This document shows positions 1 through 13,653 of a stretch of 64,000 bases of DNA, one piece after another. The number at the start of each line of letters is the position of its first letter. The first letter of the stretch is position 1. This DNA comes from Dudresnaya verticillata (taxonomy: Eukaryota). The notes beneath the pieces were generated by a model, which made no database searches, was not told the DNA's origin, and saw only the letters and a program-made list of their open reading frames with translations. The position numbers were made by a program, and so were the translations under genes. The stretch spans positions 2,232,001-2,296,000 of the forward strand of contig OZ374558.1 in assembly GCA_977862235.1 (NCBI GenBank), read 5' to 3'.

Positions 1-1
1 G

Positions 2-837
2 TTGCAGATTCCCGGCCCGGCCGACGAGATGGAGCGTCTGCAGGCTCACTTCGCCGATTTTCCTTCTCTGTCGGGCCGTTCGCGGGGCGGGGATGTGAAA
101 CCGCGTCGCGGTATTGGCCACGCTGGCGCGTCTGGCATCAAACAAGAGTCGACTAGAGTCGAAGACAAGAATCCTCTTGCTAATACGAGTGAGGATCCCG
201 CGGCGATTCCGCGTGAGGAGTCATCCAAAACCGGCATGCAAGCGACAGCTTCAGCTGTTACGTCGGTTACCATTCCTTCGGTGGCGCTCGTTTCAACTTC
301 TACTACGATAACAGCGGTGGCGGATCCGAAACTTGCGGCACCGACTACGGGTTTACCCGGCTTCGCCCCTATGGGCGAGTTCCTTGGGGCAGACGTTCCT
401 CGCCGTGGCTCTCAAGCCACAGAGGAAGTGTTGACCGGGTGGATGCTGGAGCACCTGTGCCACAGGATAGGGAAACTGAGGGCTCGAAGCTCGCTGTCGA
501 CGAACCGGATTGCTCCTCTCACGTGAACAAGGTCGCAACCTCCTCAGACGACGTAATTATCAAGACTGAATTAGGCATCAGGGAAGAGGACGAAGAGCAG
601 CCCGCTGCAAGCGATGTATTAACGAGCGGCTTAGACTCGATTGACATCGATGCAACAGTGACTGGCAGTCGGGTAGCTAATGAGGAAGCGGGGTCCGGGC
701 TCGGCCGGGGTTCCCGCCGCTTGGGACGTGTACGTCGCATGATCCTCGAAGTGCGTAGCGTCGTCATTTTTCATACGGCTCCGCAGCCGGACCCGCCTCC
801 CGGCGAGGAAGAGTTCATCGACCTTTTGTCTGATTAA
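2..837 (+). pseudogene. C-terminal part of an antisense extra ORF of element A (frameshifted; ORFs 2-526 and 439-837)
   Basis: Lies downstream of and opposite to pol, like the 16225-18321 ORF in the intact element. Ala/Thr/Ser-rich low-complexity sequence ending in acidic EEEFIDLLSD*. Confidence 0.55.
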
Positions 838-2434
838 GCCGCTTGATGGCTTATAGTAACCACCCTTTCCCTAGTGTCCGCTGGCTGAAAGCCATTGCAA
901 TTCGCCTGACTTGGGCAAGATCGGCTTAACCGCTAAACTAAAGTCCTGATTTTTTATCACGGGCGGCTGAGAGCCGATCGAATCACTCTATTTCTCCTTA
1001 TCGTTAGCACGGCAGCGTATTGTGGGGTTGATCCTCCAAGGGCCCCTTTTCGAATGGGCGGATCCGATGCGCGTGCTACCGTTCGGGTCAACACCGCGCC
1101 TCGTGCTTGTAGCTTACACATGTACCTTGACGCAAATGTGGATAGTGCTCTTTGGATGAGTTAACTCAGAGAAACTGTCGCCATTGTTGGGAGTAGCTTG
1201 GCACCACAGCGCGGACCGTGGCACCGAATCGTTGGGACTAATTTGATTCGTGGCTTATTCCGCCTTCTTGAGGGGAGCAGGGTGAGATGAGACGATGCCA
1301 GCAACGACCCATCCCCCTCTACAGTAGCAGAAATGAGTACTGTAGCGGTGGAGCGATTTGGCGCCAACTCACGGGGTGCCATGTTTGACGAATTCTAATT
1401 CGTGAATGAGTGACTCAGATGAATTGATTCGTGAAGAATTGCACAGACGAATTTGATTCGTCGTCCAATCCGCCTCCATGCTCTGGGGTGGCCAGGGATC
1501 GACACGGCACCAGCGAAGGCCCTCGTTTCGTTGTAACTCTGGCTCAGACCTTCTATAGAGGTGGTGTAGACCATATTCGCAGCCTACTTCTCAAAGAAGG
1601 TGAGGGAGAGGGAATTCTCACGCCTTCCTCTAGATCGTGTCGCGGTTGCTAGGTTCCAAAACGGCTTTCTCTGTCTACGGCTTGCGATCGGTTTGGTTGC
1701 AGAGCTTTGGGTTAACCACATTGGCTATAGCACCCCAGCCGTTTCACTTCAGTCAACGGGTAAAGTTTCTAATAGACGTTCCAGTCTTCCGCTTACCCTG
1801 TTGGAGAGCTGATTAGCTCTATTGGTTTCGACGCCGGTGGTTTGGCCATGGCCGTTAGCGGTCCTAAACGCAGGCGGAGATGCCGTCCCTCTATAGCGTT
1901 ATTGGCTATATGTCGATAAAGCCATTTGCAATAGCCATCGCAAAAACGCACCCCGATATGCTTAGAGCATATTGTAGTTGTATCCGCTCAACACCTAGGC
2001 GTTTTGTTAAACCAATCTTGACTTCGCAAGGGCAGCTACCACTGTAGTTTCCAACTCACCTATCCATTTGCTTCCACTTCCAAACCATCTATCCATTTTC
2101 CTGCACTTCCAGTTCATCTATCCCAAATATATCCAAATATCTATCCAAGGTTTCCAAACTTCTGTGCATCTATCCATTTCCAGTTTCCAAAAGGGGTCAA
2201 CCCTGTTCTGTTATCCTTCTGTAAACAGGTCTTAAGCCTGGTTATATCTAAAATAGGGCCTTGATCCGCAATCGGGAATTGCGTTTCTTAGCAACCCCAA
2301 GGCTTAGACCTTATCTAATGTTACAATTCGCAGAGGGCCCAAGCCCAGTTATGATTTCCTTTCGTGCTGCGCACTTGTTGAAGCTTTCATAAGGAAGTAA
2401 AACTTCCTGTCACTGTAGAAAGATTTACCAGTGA

Positions 2435-2815
2435 TCACTCCGGCAGGGGAATACATTTCGCACGGTGATTCCGCTTGACGAGGTTAGCCGGGAGGTGCGC
2501 TCGCGGCTCCCACGTGTCTTCCGATACCGGGCATTTGTACCAGCGCACCTTATACAGTCCCGACTCCGAGTCATAGTCAACCAATTTGTCATAAACATAT
2601 TCTCGTGGCGGGGCTTTCTTGAAGCGACTAAACTTACGTCGCGAAGCCGTCTCTTCTATCTCAGTCGGGAGAGACTCATTACTTGGTTCGTACGGGAGAC
2701 TGAGATCCCGAGGTATAGGGGATATGACGCCGCTCGTGGCCTGCGGTATGATAACTCCTTGAGGAGGTATAGGTCTAGAAACCGGACCAGAATCGTTATC
2801 GATGTCGTCGATCAC
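2435..2815 (-). pseudogene. Pol C-terminal chromodomain, element A
   Basis: EYVYDKLVDY...LYKVRWY...DTWEPRAHLP matches the chromodomain pattern. Confidence 0.85.
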
Positions 2816-3381
2816 ATTCTGTGGAGGCGCGAAAGTCTGCGCATCTTCGAGTTGTACGATCGCTTCCAGCGGCTCCCCTCCAGGCGGGGTTCGCGGTCAT
2901 TCGGAGTCTTGCGCATCGGTGGGCATTGACCCGGTTGCGGACTCAGTAGGTTCCACATCCTCAGGAGCCGTTTCGACGACAGGTGGGTCCTGCCCTAGAA
3001 CTCCGCGTTCTTCCTCCGGTGACGGGGATAACGTTACGCGATCGAGGGTAACTGCTTCCCTTCGCCATTTCGTTCCAACACGACAATGTGCGTTCCTCTC
3101 TCGAGAATCGTATATGGGCCTAGAGCCTTCAGGAATAATTTCCCTTCTCTCGCTACGCCCTTGGCGTCCTTCATCGTTGTCTCTCGCTCGAGAAATACCC
3201 ATTGACCAGGGCGCAACTTCTGGTTACTCAGGCGCATACGGTTATTGAAGTTGACTTCATATCGCTGTTGAGCCATGCGTAGCCGTGGTAGCGCTGTATC
3301 CATCAACTTCTCGAGTCTAGCGGTCAACCGCTTCTTGACATTAGTGGCGGGAACGTTCGCAACGTCTACAGTTTCGGCTTT

Positions 3382-4827
3382 CTACATTAGAATGGACGTC
3401 GGAGAGTTGGATAAAACCAATTCAACGGGCGCGAGATCGGTCGCGCGATGAACGATCATGTTATACGCATATGTTAAAGCCGACGTGAATTCATCCCAGT
3501 CTTTCTGGTCCTCGGCGATGAAATGCCTCAACCCTTCCAGAAGGGTACGATTAAACTTTTCGGTCTGTCCGTTCGTCTGCGGATGGTAGGTCGATGTAAA
3601 TAGATTCCGAATCTTGAGAATACCGCAGACAGCTATAAAGAACTTAGACGCAAACTGCGAACCATTATCCGACAGGACATAACGGGGAGGCTCGTAGGTG
3701 TATATCCAATGCTCGCAGAACTCTTTCGCCACTGCATAAGCCGTTATCGTTTTCAACCGTATATCCCGAGTAAGCTTTGAAAAGCAATCTATCATCACGA
3801 GGAGATACTCGTTGCCCTTATTCGATCGGGGTAGCGGCCCTAGGATACCAATCCCTACGAACTCTAACGGCATGGTGGCCGGAAACAACTTCATACGTGA
3901 AGCGTGTTGTCGCAGTTGGACCCGTTCCCGGGCGCATTTCACACAGTTCCAAACTGTAGCGTATACCGCGAGAGCCATGCCAGGCCAGAATACCTGTCCA
4001 CGTAAGTTATTATACATCTTTTTCCCACCGGGGTGACAAGGCATCTCCGGATAGTGCGCGAGATGCAGGACCCGTTCTTGGAGAACTCTAGGTATCACTA
4101 CCTGCAATGTCTTTTCTATGTACGACCGTCGAACTCGCAGTCCTCGTTCATCTTCCAGATAGCAGCCTGGTTTTCCAGATTCGATGGCGAGTTTGATACC
4201 CATAAAGAATTGATAGGTTTGCTGAGAGCGAATTTCCTCCGCGGTGAGCAGAGAAAGACTCTTTTCTTCCACTTCTTTCTCAGCAACGTTGGCTATCAGT
4301 TTTTCATCCTCGAGTTGCGACTCGACCGAGTCGTCCTCGGGTTCCACCTCCCAGACCTCCAGGGGTTTGGGTGTGGCGTCCGTTCTGGAACCTTTGACAG
4401 CCGAAAGGTCGCGAAGGTCAGTCCGATCGCTGTCAGCAATTACGTAGCAAAGAATCTCCAGATCCGGTTCCCAGTTAGTGAAACCATAGGTAGGTAATCG
4501 CGAGAAAGCATCAGCTATCTGGTTCTTCTTTTCCTTACGGTATTGAAACGTGAAGTTGTATTCGAGGAGTCGCAAGCGCCAACGCGATAATCGTCCGGAT
4601 GCATCCGCCATACTCATCATCCACTTGAGCGCCTGGTGGTCCGTGTACGGACCACAAAGGTCACAAAGGTCAAAATGCGACCTTTGTAAATATGGTCTGA
4701 GCATTTGGGTGGCCCAGACCACCGCGAGGCATTCCTTCACGCCGACAGAGTAGTTCCGTTCTGCCTGGGTCAGGCCTCGGCTCCAAAACCCGATACGGTG
4801 ACGGGTTCCATCTGGTTCCATTTGCAT
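3382..4827 (-). pseudogene. Pol RNase H (C-terminal part) and integrase, element A
   Basis: ERNYSV..ECLAVVW, TDHQAL, NQIADAFSRL; integrase HHCC (HLAH..HPG..CVKC), SDNGSQF, YHPQTNGQTE. Confidence 0.9.
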
Positions 4828-4833
4828 CAGGAC

Positions 4834-5904
4834 TCACCCGATCTGATAGTCATAAGCATCGGAATCCACCGATAGAGGCCTATCTTCTTTTGGAAGTCGG
4901 AGAATAGGTGGTGCTATTAGCGCCTTCTTCAATAAACCGAACGCTCCGCGTTGTTTCTCGTCGAATGGCGGTAGTTCAAATCCAACATCCTTCAGTAGAA
5001 GTCTATTAAGTGGTGATGCGACGGTTGTGAAGTTCGGCACAAAGAGTCTATAGACGTTACATAGTCCAATAGACGATCGCAGTTGCGTTTGCGTTGTTGG
5101 CTCCTTGAAGCCTTCAATGGCTTGCGTGTTCTTTGTAGCTACATCCAGTAGTCCTAGCCGGATCACATGCCCGAGATAATCCACGCTCTTTGTGAAAAAG
5201 TTACACTTCTTAAGCTTGAGCGAGACTCGAGCTTCTTTCAATACCGAGAGAATTTCTTGGACATGACATAAGTGTTCGTCGACACTTTTTGAGAAGATTA
5301 TGATATCATCCAAGTAGACAAGACAGGATTTCCATCGGTAACCTGATAATAGAATATCAACGGTTCTCTGAAAGGTCGCCGGCGCGTTCCACAATCCGAA
5401 TGGCATTCGGCAGAACTGGAAACAACCTGCATGACAGATAAACGCTGTTTCGGCCTTTTCTTCCGCTGCGACGGGTATTTTCCAGTAACCCGAGTTACAA
5501 TCGAGAGTTGTAAAGTACTGAGCGTCGCCCAATGAGTCTAAACGCTCATCCATTCGAGGTAGCAGATATGAATCCCTGATGTTTATCGCATTCAGCTTCC
5601 GGTAATCGACACAGAAACGGACAGATCCGTCAGGATTCTTAACCAGTACCACTGGACTTACAAATTCCGAGCGCGCAGGCTCTATGACTCCTTCCTTGAG
5701 CGTTTTATCTACTTCGCCTTGCTCCGCTTGTCGCGCTTCCGGTCCGGACCGACATGGTTGCGCAACGACGGGTTTGGACCCGTCGGTGAGCTCAATCCGA
5801 TGCTCCGTGACCTTGATGGTCCCGAGTGTCCGGCTCCACATGTCAGCGAAAGGTCGTAGCAATTTGCGGACGCGGCGTCTGTCAGACGTAGAAAGGTGTT
5901 CCAA
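4834..5904 (-). pseudogene. Pol reverse transcriptase, element A
   Basis: RFCVDYRKLN, LDCNSGYW, MPFGLWNAPATFQ, YLDDIIIFS. Confidence 0.92.
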
Positions 5905-7018
5905 TGCCAGGTCGTCGACCGTTAGGTTTTCGGTAGCGGTTTTAACGCCTGGTTTGGAATACGACGCGCCGAGAGCAGCAGCCAGCCCTGCCCCCTTTAT
6001 CGAAGGATATTTCCGTGTCAGGACTCGCGTCCTTTGGATGCGAGGCCTTGTCCTCGGGGACGTCGGAGATGGAAACCGAGTATACAGGCGTTGCTGTAGG
6101 GGCTGAAACTGGGCGACAAATCACTTGGAGATTGTTCAATCGCTGTGTGCAGGAAGAAACGTTGGCAGTCTTGACCCCGAAGAGAACGTTCCCTTGGAGC
6201 TTGATGATGCCATTCGTGAGAAACACTGGTTGACGGTCGTATAAGCGTTTAAACCAATCTAGGAAGTGTATACCTTTAGCCGTGCAAGTCACGGCGACCC
6301 AGGTTTCCGAACCGGGTAGTAAGTTAGTTTTTTAGACAACTCTCACGAGTCGCGAGTTAGATAGGGAGGGACCTCCATGGACTCGCCAGAGATTGTGCCT
6401 CTCGGGGTACCGCATCAACGCCATAGAATCGGGTGTACCGAGCCGTCTCGTAGGACGATGCGTTGCTTGCGTACACGAAACGCAACGACATGCGTATCGA
6501 TAAAGGAAAAACCCAAGACCATATCAAAGTCTAGAGCTTTGACTACGACGAACGGTTATCGTACCATATATGAACCAATTCTAACGGCCAGGGAGATCAA
6601 CCCGTACGGTTGTTAAGCGGTGACTTGACGCAGATGTCAAATTCACGATCGATCGGGTCGAGGGGATCCTTTACCGTTCTTTCAAAGAGAGCACATCGGG
6701 TCTGATGAGATTTGAGCCCGTCCTAGTGTCCAAACCGGAGCTTAATTGAGTACGTTTTCCAACAGAAGTCCCCACGGACGCGACAACGTCATAGTTGTAT
6801 CTCAACAGACAGAAAACTGGGTCCTTAACACATTAATGATACTTATAATCGGGGTTAGGCCCGCGGGATGTGCTAAAATCTCCTTTGGAAGAGGAGGCCA
6901 GGTTTCCTGCGACACCGATCGGTTGGTAGAGGAGAAGCTTAGGAAGTCACATTCCTCTGAACGATCGGGGGTTTCCGATACGACTGGGGTTGTCAACGGA
7001 ACAGAAACCGGTTCCCTC

Positions 7019-8400
7019 TAGGTAGTTTTTCGCCCTGCTAGCAGGAAACCGCGGATGTGGTGGAGGAGGCGGAAGGGTTCGTGACCCTGCTCTTGGCGAG
7101 CTTGGCGCCGACGGTGGATTTCTCGGAGTGTTAACCGCCTGATTTGGTCCCGTCAGAAATTGGACGTGTCCGTTCTTGCCTGGGGCTGACCACAAATTTT
7201 GACGCGTGCCTGTCGGTGGCACACCAGACCGTCCTGAAGATGAATAGTCGCGATGATCCGCACGGGTATCTCCGTTTGCGAATTCGGGCAGGCGCCCTAT
7301 GGTGACCAACGATGTCTTTTGTTCGCGCGACAGGTGATAAATTGCTGGCTGTTTAGCATCTCAATTGAAGGTTCATCCGTGTGAGCCAGATATCGACAGT
7401 TCGGCTTTTTTGGCCCACTCCGTAGCATTCGAAGCAGAAGTCATTGGGCGCATCTTCGACTGTTACCCACCCAGGACGCTGTGTCCTTGTTGGTTGTTAC
7501 CAACCAGGCAGTCGGTGGTTGTAGTTCTGTAGAACCGCTTCTACTTCACCGTAGTATGGTTGGTCACCGGGTGCTCCAGACCACGAGTCTGATTTGGTTA
7601 CCGTGGATGGAGGTGCTTCGTGATCGATGGCCGCCATCATATCGTCCTCACTATCCGCGGCAGAGCTACTGGTCTTAGATGAATCGGAATACGAGGAAAG
7701 CCGCGTCCTATTCTGAAGAATGAGAAGAGCTCGAGCAGACTTGCCCGTCTTCACGCTTGAAAGGGTGCTCCGTGGTGTCGTTGAACTCACTTTCTTGTAA
7801 TGTTCACCACCCACCAGGGCACGGTGAGAACCTCCCTAAGCAGCCGTGAGCTCAACGTAGTCTGCTAGTCGCGCTGTTCGAGGGTCCAAGGATGACATAC
7901 TTAAAGACGATTTGATCGCAGGAAGTAAACCACGTATAAAACGCGCTATCAGTTCTTGCTCTGAGTTAGTACCTGCGACCTGTCGTTCCTTGGTCTGCAA
8001 ACGTCTTGAAAACGTAACCTCCTTTTCGTCTGACTCCTGAGTCATCGTGTCCATTTCAGAAGAAATCTTCTCGATGTAGACGTCCTTTGCGTACGCACGC
8101 AGGAGGTAATTAATGGCTCCCGGCCACTCATTGAAACCAACATTGTCGTCGCCTGCGGTATCTAAATTGGCTTCGAACATGTCCTTGCCATCCTTCTCCA
8201 ATACCTCTGGTATAACCAGGATTGCAGCGCCTTCACTGACTTGGGTTTGATCTAACTGTCGCTTTAACGTAGCTAGAAAGCCAATTATGGAAACTGGGTC
8301 ACTCCCATCGAAGCGTCGACTCCTCATTACATATTTAATCCGTTTAATCTTCTTGGACGTGGTTTCCGTTGCTTACGGTCCTCGATTTGAATCGACATTC
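7019..8400 (-). pseudogene. Gag, element A (fragmented)
   Basis: FDGSDPVSIIGFL...YLLRAYA resembles the intact element's gag (FNGSDPVMVLEFL...YLLRTYA). Degenerate zinc knuckle near 7400-7440. GAAAAAC slippery site at 7025-7031. Confidence 0.8.
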
Positions 8401-8510
8401 AACAACCGATAACATCTGTACGAAAGCACCTGTACAAAAGTAGGGTTTCGTGGAGCCAACTCCTTGAGTCCCGCTCGACGTGGGACTCTGTGAACTCCAG
8501 GAAGGTCGGA

Positions 8511-10448
8511 TCACGAGGTAGGATCGTCTTCGTCCAAGTGTATCGGTGCGGGGTAAGAATTACTTCGGCGTTGGTAATTAGCCATATGGCTTGAATACCG
8601 GTCTTGACATGAGTCAATTCGGCTGCGGAACATGTTGGAACCGTGGGTCTCCCGGCAATCACACCGAGGGTGTTCCGTCCTCCCACGACCAAAGTCGTCA
8701 TTTTCAGACTCCCCATCTGGCTCACGTCTCGGAGACATCCTGCGGTGGTCCCTATTGCCACGAGGAACAAGGTTGCGTTGCCGTTCGACTTCAGGGATTA
8801 AATACCTTTCGCGATTAAGTCGCCTCATCTTTTCTTCTAGCAACGCGACCTTCCGCTTCTCTCTATCGAGATCTTTTCGAAAGAGCTCGATGGCCCTGTT
8901 TCGTTCTACACACCTTGTGTCGTCTACGTTTCTTTGAACGTCTTGTATAGCCATGAAGGCTTATGTTCTTGTTAGGTCTGTGACCTTGTCGAGCGCATGT
9001 AGTCCCTTGTGCACGGTATCCAATTGGTACCCGAGGGAATCCACTTGTGCCTGCAGGGTTTTGACCCTCTCTTCTCTAATCCTCTGGGAGGACCTTGTTG
9101 ATCTCCAGATTCAATCTCTTGCTGACACTTCGCCAAAAGGGGATCATCACGGCGCGCGGATGCTTCATCGATGTACCTCTTGACCTTTAAACGTGGTAAT
9201 AGAAGACGGCGGTGCAATCGACTGGTTTCAAAGGTCTTCTCCGAGTTGGAATATTTCTTACTCATGAATGTCTTCCATTCCTGACAAATCCTCCGAGGTA
9301 CAGTCGACATACTCCTGGAATGGGAAGGCGGTTTGTCGAAGCTGACCGCCGCGACAGGGATTACTGCCCTGTTACCTTTTGGGTTTGTAGTACCGCGTGT
9401 AATCTTGTGAGCTTCCCCGAGTTCTTGCGCATATTGTGTGATCTGCGTGTAAGCCAAACTCTTGGAAGTAGCCAAACGGTTACGAACCGGTGCAGGGATA
9501 CTTGGGAGAAGTCCGTCAACGAAGATCGCCTTGAGGCGGTGTTCTATAAACGCCGACCCACCTCGGCAAGCTCTGGCTGAGACTAACTCTGCGAATTCCC
9601 GTTCCGTTTTTCCTTCCGCTTGTCGTAACGATATTACGGCAACATATGCTTGACCAATAACCTCATCGGTAGCGTAAGTTTCCAAACGGTAATTAACCAC
9701 TTCGGAGTACGTTGTTTGCAAATCTCTCTCATCTCCAGAGTCTACGATCATACCGGTTCTAGTCTGTAGCCTTGTCTGTAGGTTGTTCCTTGCGGTTCCT
9801 GACATGATGTATTGTAATAACCAAACGGTGGCACATTCGTGGACGTCATTATGGTTACAGGCATCATTGAACCTTGCAGGGAAACCCAGGATGTTAATCG
9901 GGTCTGCACCCGAAAAAAGAGGGTGGCATTTCAATCGCCATCCTCATGTAATAGGTATTTATTTTTCCAGAGATAATCGAAGAGTAAAGCCTTCAGCGGT
10001 TATCCAATTGGTAACTCTGAAATCTAACCACTCTGGTAAATAGATCGCTGAGGGATTTAATCTTCCTGACCCTGTTTGCTTTAGAGGATCGGCGAGGACT
10101 TCTCCAGTCATCATCGGATGATTCATGCGAACTTGAACCATCTGAGGTAACTAACGAGGAGTCAGACGCAGAAGAGTAATGTTTCTTATTTCCTTTCTTT
10201 TGTGTGCTCTTCTTTTTCTTAAACATTTTTCTTCTGAGAAGTTTTGGACACAGATTCATGTCTGTTATTCTTACTATCTTTGGAGTTCGACAAACCTCCT
10301 TCAGGTTTCTTCTTCTTATCACAGGTTTCGGTTGGTAGAACGATGCCAGGAGGGACGACATCCTCCTCAATATTTTACACCTCGGGTTACCATATGAGTA
10401 TAGACTTTGGTCGAGATGAAGGGTACGCTGCTTGCCTGAAGGTCTCAA
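8511..10448 (-). pseudogene. Gag-like retrotransposon ORF (element B, copy 1); no pol seen
   Basis: FSGADPINILGF...YSEVVNYRLETYAT is a Gypsy gag-like core, preceded by Lys- and Ser-rich tracts as in the intact gag. Frameshifted; homologous to 52638-54450. Confidence 0.7.
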
Positions 10449-11935
10449 GAGACTGGGGAACCAACAGGGGTGTGGTGTAGTGGAAACCCGCGAACTTCTG
10501 TAACGGACCCCTGACCTGACTTTCCTTCACGGGAAGAGAGTGACACTACCTCCACGGGGTGGTAGAGCAGTTCACACCGAGATGGAAGAACAGCAAGAGG
10601 CTTACCGTAACGGATATTGGTAAGCAACAGATAAGAGGGTGCTACAAGTGCCGCGACGGACCCCGTAACGGTGGTGGTGGTAAACCGCAACGGGCTCCGC
10701 GCGGGGAAAACCGTAAAGGACAAGGGCTAGACGGAGATTGAGGCCCAAGGGTTACTTGCCCGTTTACCTTAGAAGCCGCTGCGGTGCCGCCCTGATATGC
10801 AAGTCAGGGTGGCACCGAGCGGTCCGGTCAGTGTGGGCCAGACCCTAGTGGTCTGGACCAATAGTGGAATCGGCCCTGCTGGTCCCAATCTCCGACACGG
10901 ACATGCGCAGCATTCCCATTGGCTGGCGCACTACTCTACATACTGTACGTATAATCACTAAAAATAAAGAATAAACACTACAAATACTCCGCTACGATTG
11001 GTGCGCTCCACTGCTGAACAGCAATATATTCCAGCACACAGAAATGCACCCAATGTAAGACACTGTAATGCGTACGGATCCCATGAGTACTTCAAGGATA
11101 GTCCGCCCGGTGTCCTCCCCCTCCAGCGATCAATTATCATCACTTCCATTCCCGTATAGGACCCACACCATCTCATACCCAAAACCGATACGGGTACATG
11201 TTGACACGTAACACAACGGTACAGGCCACATTATTTGCATTTCCACTGTCTCCGATACCGGAACTCATTTCACCACAAGGGGAACCAATTCGGTAAGTAT
11301 GCATCCCATAGATTGGACTACTGCCCGGCTGGGTGGTTCATGACTGACTTACTTTTTTCAATACCCGTGGCCGCAAACAGTGTCCTTGGACCATATTATT
11401 CCAGAACGTGTCCCGCGAGAGGTTAAACTGAGTAGGGTAACCGAACGTTAAATGGTTAATATATACAGATCATCATACGGGAGATTATATCAGTATTGAC
11501 CCAATGGGTGTGGTGGAGTGTTTTTGGGGCTGCCCTGCGGTTTATTTAGAAGCACCTGCTGTGGGTTTATCTCGTACGGGCTTGTGGATGATTTACCAAG
11601 TTGTTCCACTTTTTCGACTCCATGTGTTCTCGAAGGGTGGCGCAAAGTCCCCGAGTCCTAAAACAGGGGTCCAATGGGCTCCGATCGGCATCCTGGCCAT
11701 GATAGGAACTACTTTGAGATTTCGTTGACATCTTGGAGTAAGCGGGTCCTTAATGGGTTCCGTTTTATTCAGTATAAACTTGTACGACGATATTAGTCGT
11801 CCTCTTAACGGATAACCAACCTTGATGGTTCTGGATCAGGAGACGAGATGTAAGGAAGTACCTTTTGGGTCTTTTGTGTATACACAAAAGAATGTAATAC
11901 ATGAGATTCCCAGAGAGCGGGAGCTTAGTAGCGGG

Positions 11936-12628
11936 TGTAGTACAATGAGCCGCCAGGGGCTGTCAGTACGTACACGTGTTTTGCGCCTGTAATGGGCGGG
12001 TAACATTGCGCGCGGTATGCGCCTGAAAGGCGCCGCATGTACTGACGCACTGTAAGGCCTGGTGCATTGCTGGCCACTCCAGATGGCATTTCTGGGAACA
12101 GCACGGCGCCAATGAGATGGCTTGCCGTGATTGGCTAATTTATCATGGCCTCTTGCTCGGGATCTCGCCCCAGTCATGGGCGCTTGATGTGCGCAGGGCG
12201 AAGTACGACCGCGGACTACCTCATTGCAATTATTAACGCTAACTAGGATAGGTTAGAATAGGAATAGCGGTGAAGGCGCTTTCGGCCTTCGCCGCATTTA
12301 TTGCTCTCCTGACTAGCATGGGTCTGCTGAATAGAACCATACGGTGGGTTTCGGGTCTGTACCATTTCTTTGGTCTACACGGGCTCACCGTACTCCCCCT
12401 TCTTGGTTCTTTACAAGCTTTAGCCTCGTACGGCTTTGTAATCTACGGGTGTTAGGGTGGCGCCGCCCCTTTTTCACTTTATTTCAGGCACGCTAGCCTT
12501 TTTCCCCTTTTCCCTCAAATTTGTACCAACTCCCCATTAAGATACCCTCGTTAGGGTGTGTGCACGCACGGGACAGCTATCCTTGCCGTTTAGCGGGCTA
12601 CTGGCTCGTCGCACCATACTACTATACA
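11936..12628. mobile_element. 693-bp solo-LTR-like insertion
   Basis: Absent from the paralogous site at ~55928. Starts TGTAGTA and ends TACTATACA (TG...CA). No clean 5-bp TSD (flanks GCGGG / GGGAT). Confidence 0.55.
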
Positions 12629-13294
12629 GGGATAGAGCGGGAGGAACTCATAGGGCGGACGAAGGCTCGTATCCGAAATGGAAACACGATAGTGAAGATA
12701 GTTCACTTGACGGGCGGTTATCCGAGCACGGGTGACGAGGGCGTGGCGGTGCAGATGGCTTGGAGATGTATTGGGACCGGAAGATAATTACCTTTACTGT
12801 ACAGGGACCACTCCGGGACGGGAGATACCCTTATATGGTACTCTGAGGGTCAGGTATAACCACTCATACGAGGCTATAGACACGCCCCTATCCTAATCTA
12901 TAATTTCTAAAATTGATACACAGATACTAAGCCACTGCCCTACGGGGTACCATTTGGACTAATCGTAGTCTACCAGTTTTGTCCCTTCTGGCGACCCATA
13001 TGTAACGATATTCAGGTGCATACAGGTGGGCAGAGGGCCCACTTCTGTAAGCCCTTCGCTGTATTACACACTATTCCGCAAATACAGTCTGAGCCGTTTG
13101 CTCCTGGAAGCAATTTTGTGTAAGGAGTGTAATGTTTTTATCAATTGGTCACAAGCTTCTGCAGATATGCCCTACCGTAAACCCTCCAATGAGGATAAAA
13201 CGTTTCACCTAGTAGAAACTAGGAAGGTCTATGATGCAATAAAGGTAGAAGGATTGCGTCGCAATGGAGATGGTACAGAGATATTGAGGCGATT

Positions 13295-13641
13295 TCTCGG
13301 AGAATTGATGAGCCAACAATGGAGAACGAGCTACAACTTTGCGCGTGGCAATTAGAATCGAGGTGACGTGCGACACTTTATGTGTGTTGCATTGTCAGTT
13401 TCGCTGTGTCCGCCAATGCATGCGGCCACAACTGCAATTCGGTGGATTGACTCTCCCTTCTGCCCTTAAAGAGCACTACTGCAACAATCCGTTGCATTCG
13501 TACTGTACTATTTCAATTCCTTACGTAACTATCAATTCACTGAACTACAATACAACATAAAATCCGGGCTCTGGGCTTCCCACCTCCAACCCGGGCAGTT
13601 CAACACTCACAATCTACCTTTCTCGTTCACCGCTTTCAAGA
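13295..13641 (+). repeat. Copia 5' LTR (347 bp)
   Basis: Differs from 29098-29445 by about 4 substitutions and 1 indel; ends TCT...AGA. Confidence 0.92.
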
Positions 13642-13653
13642 TGGTAGCATCGC
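13642..13653 (+). promoter_or_regulatory. Copia primer-binding site (probably initiator tRNA-Met)
   Basis: TGGTAGCA directly after the 5' LTR, complementary to a ...UGCUACCA tRNA 3' end. Confidence 0.65.

Larger units (their letters stand above)
1..8411 (-). mobile_element. Degenerate Ty3/Gypsy chromovirus (element A); 5' part truncated, 3' LTR beyond window start
   Basis: Minus-strand fragments in Gypsy order: gag (7836-8327), RT (YLDD, 4834-5904), RNaseH-integrase (3382-4827), GPY motif (3034-3327), chromodomain (2435-2815). Many stops and frameshifts. Gag breaks off at the junction with the duplicated segment at ~8412. Confidence 0.9.
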
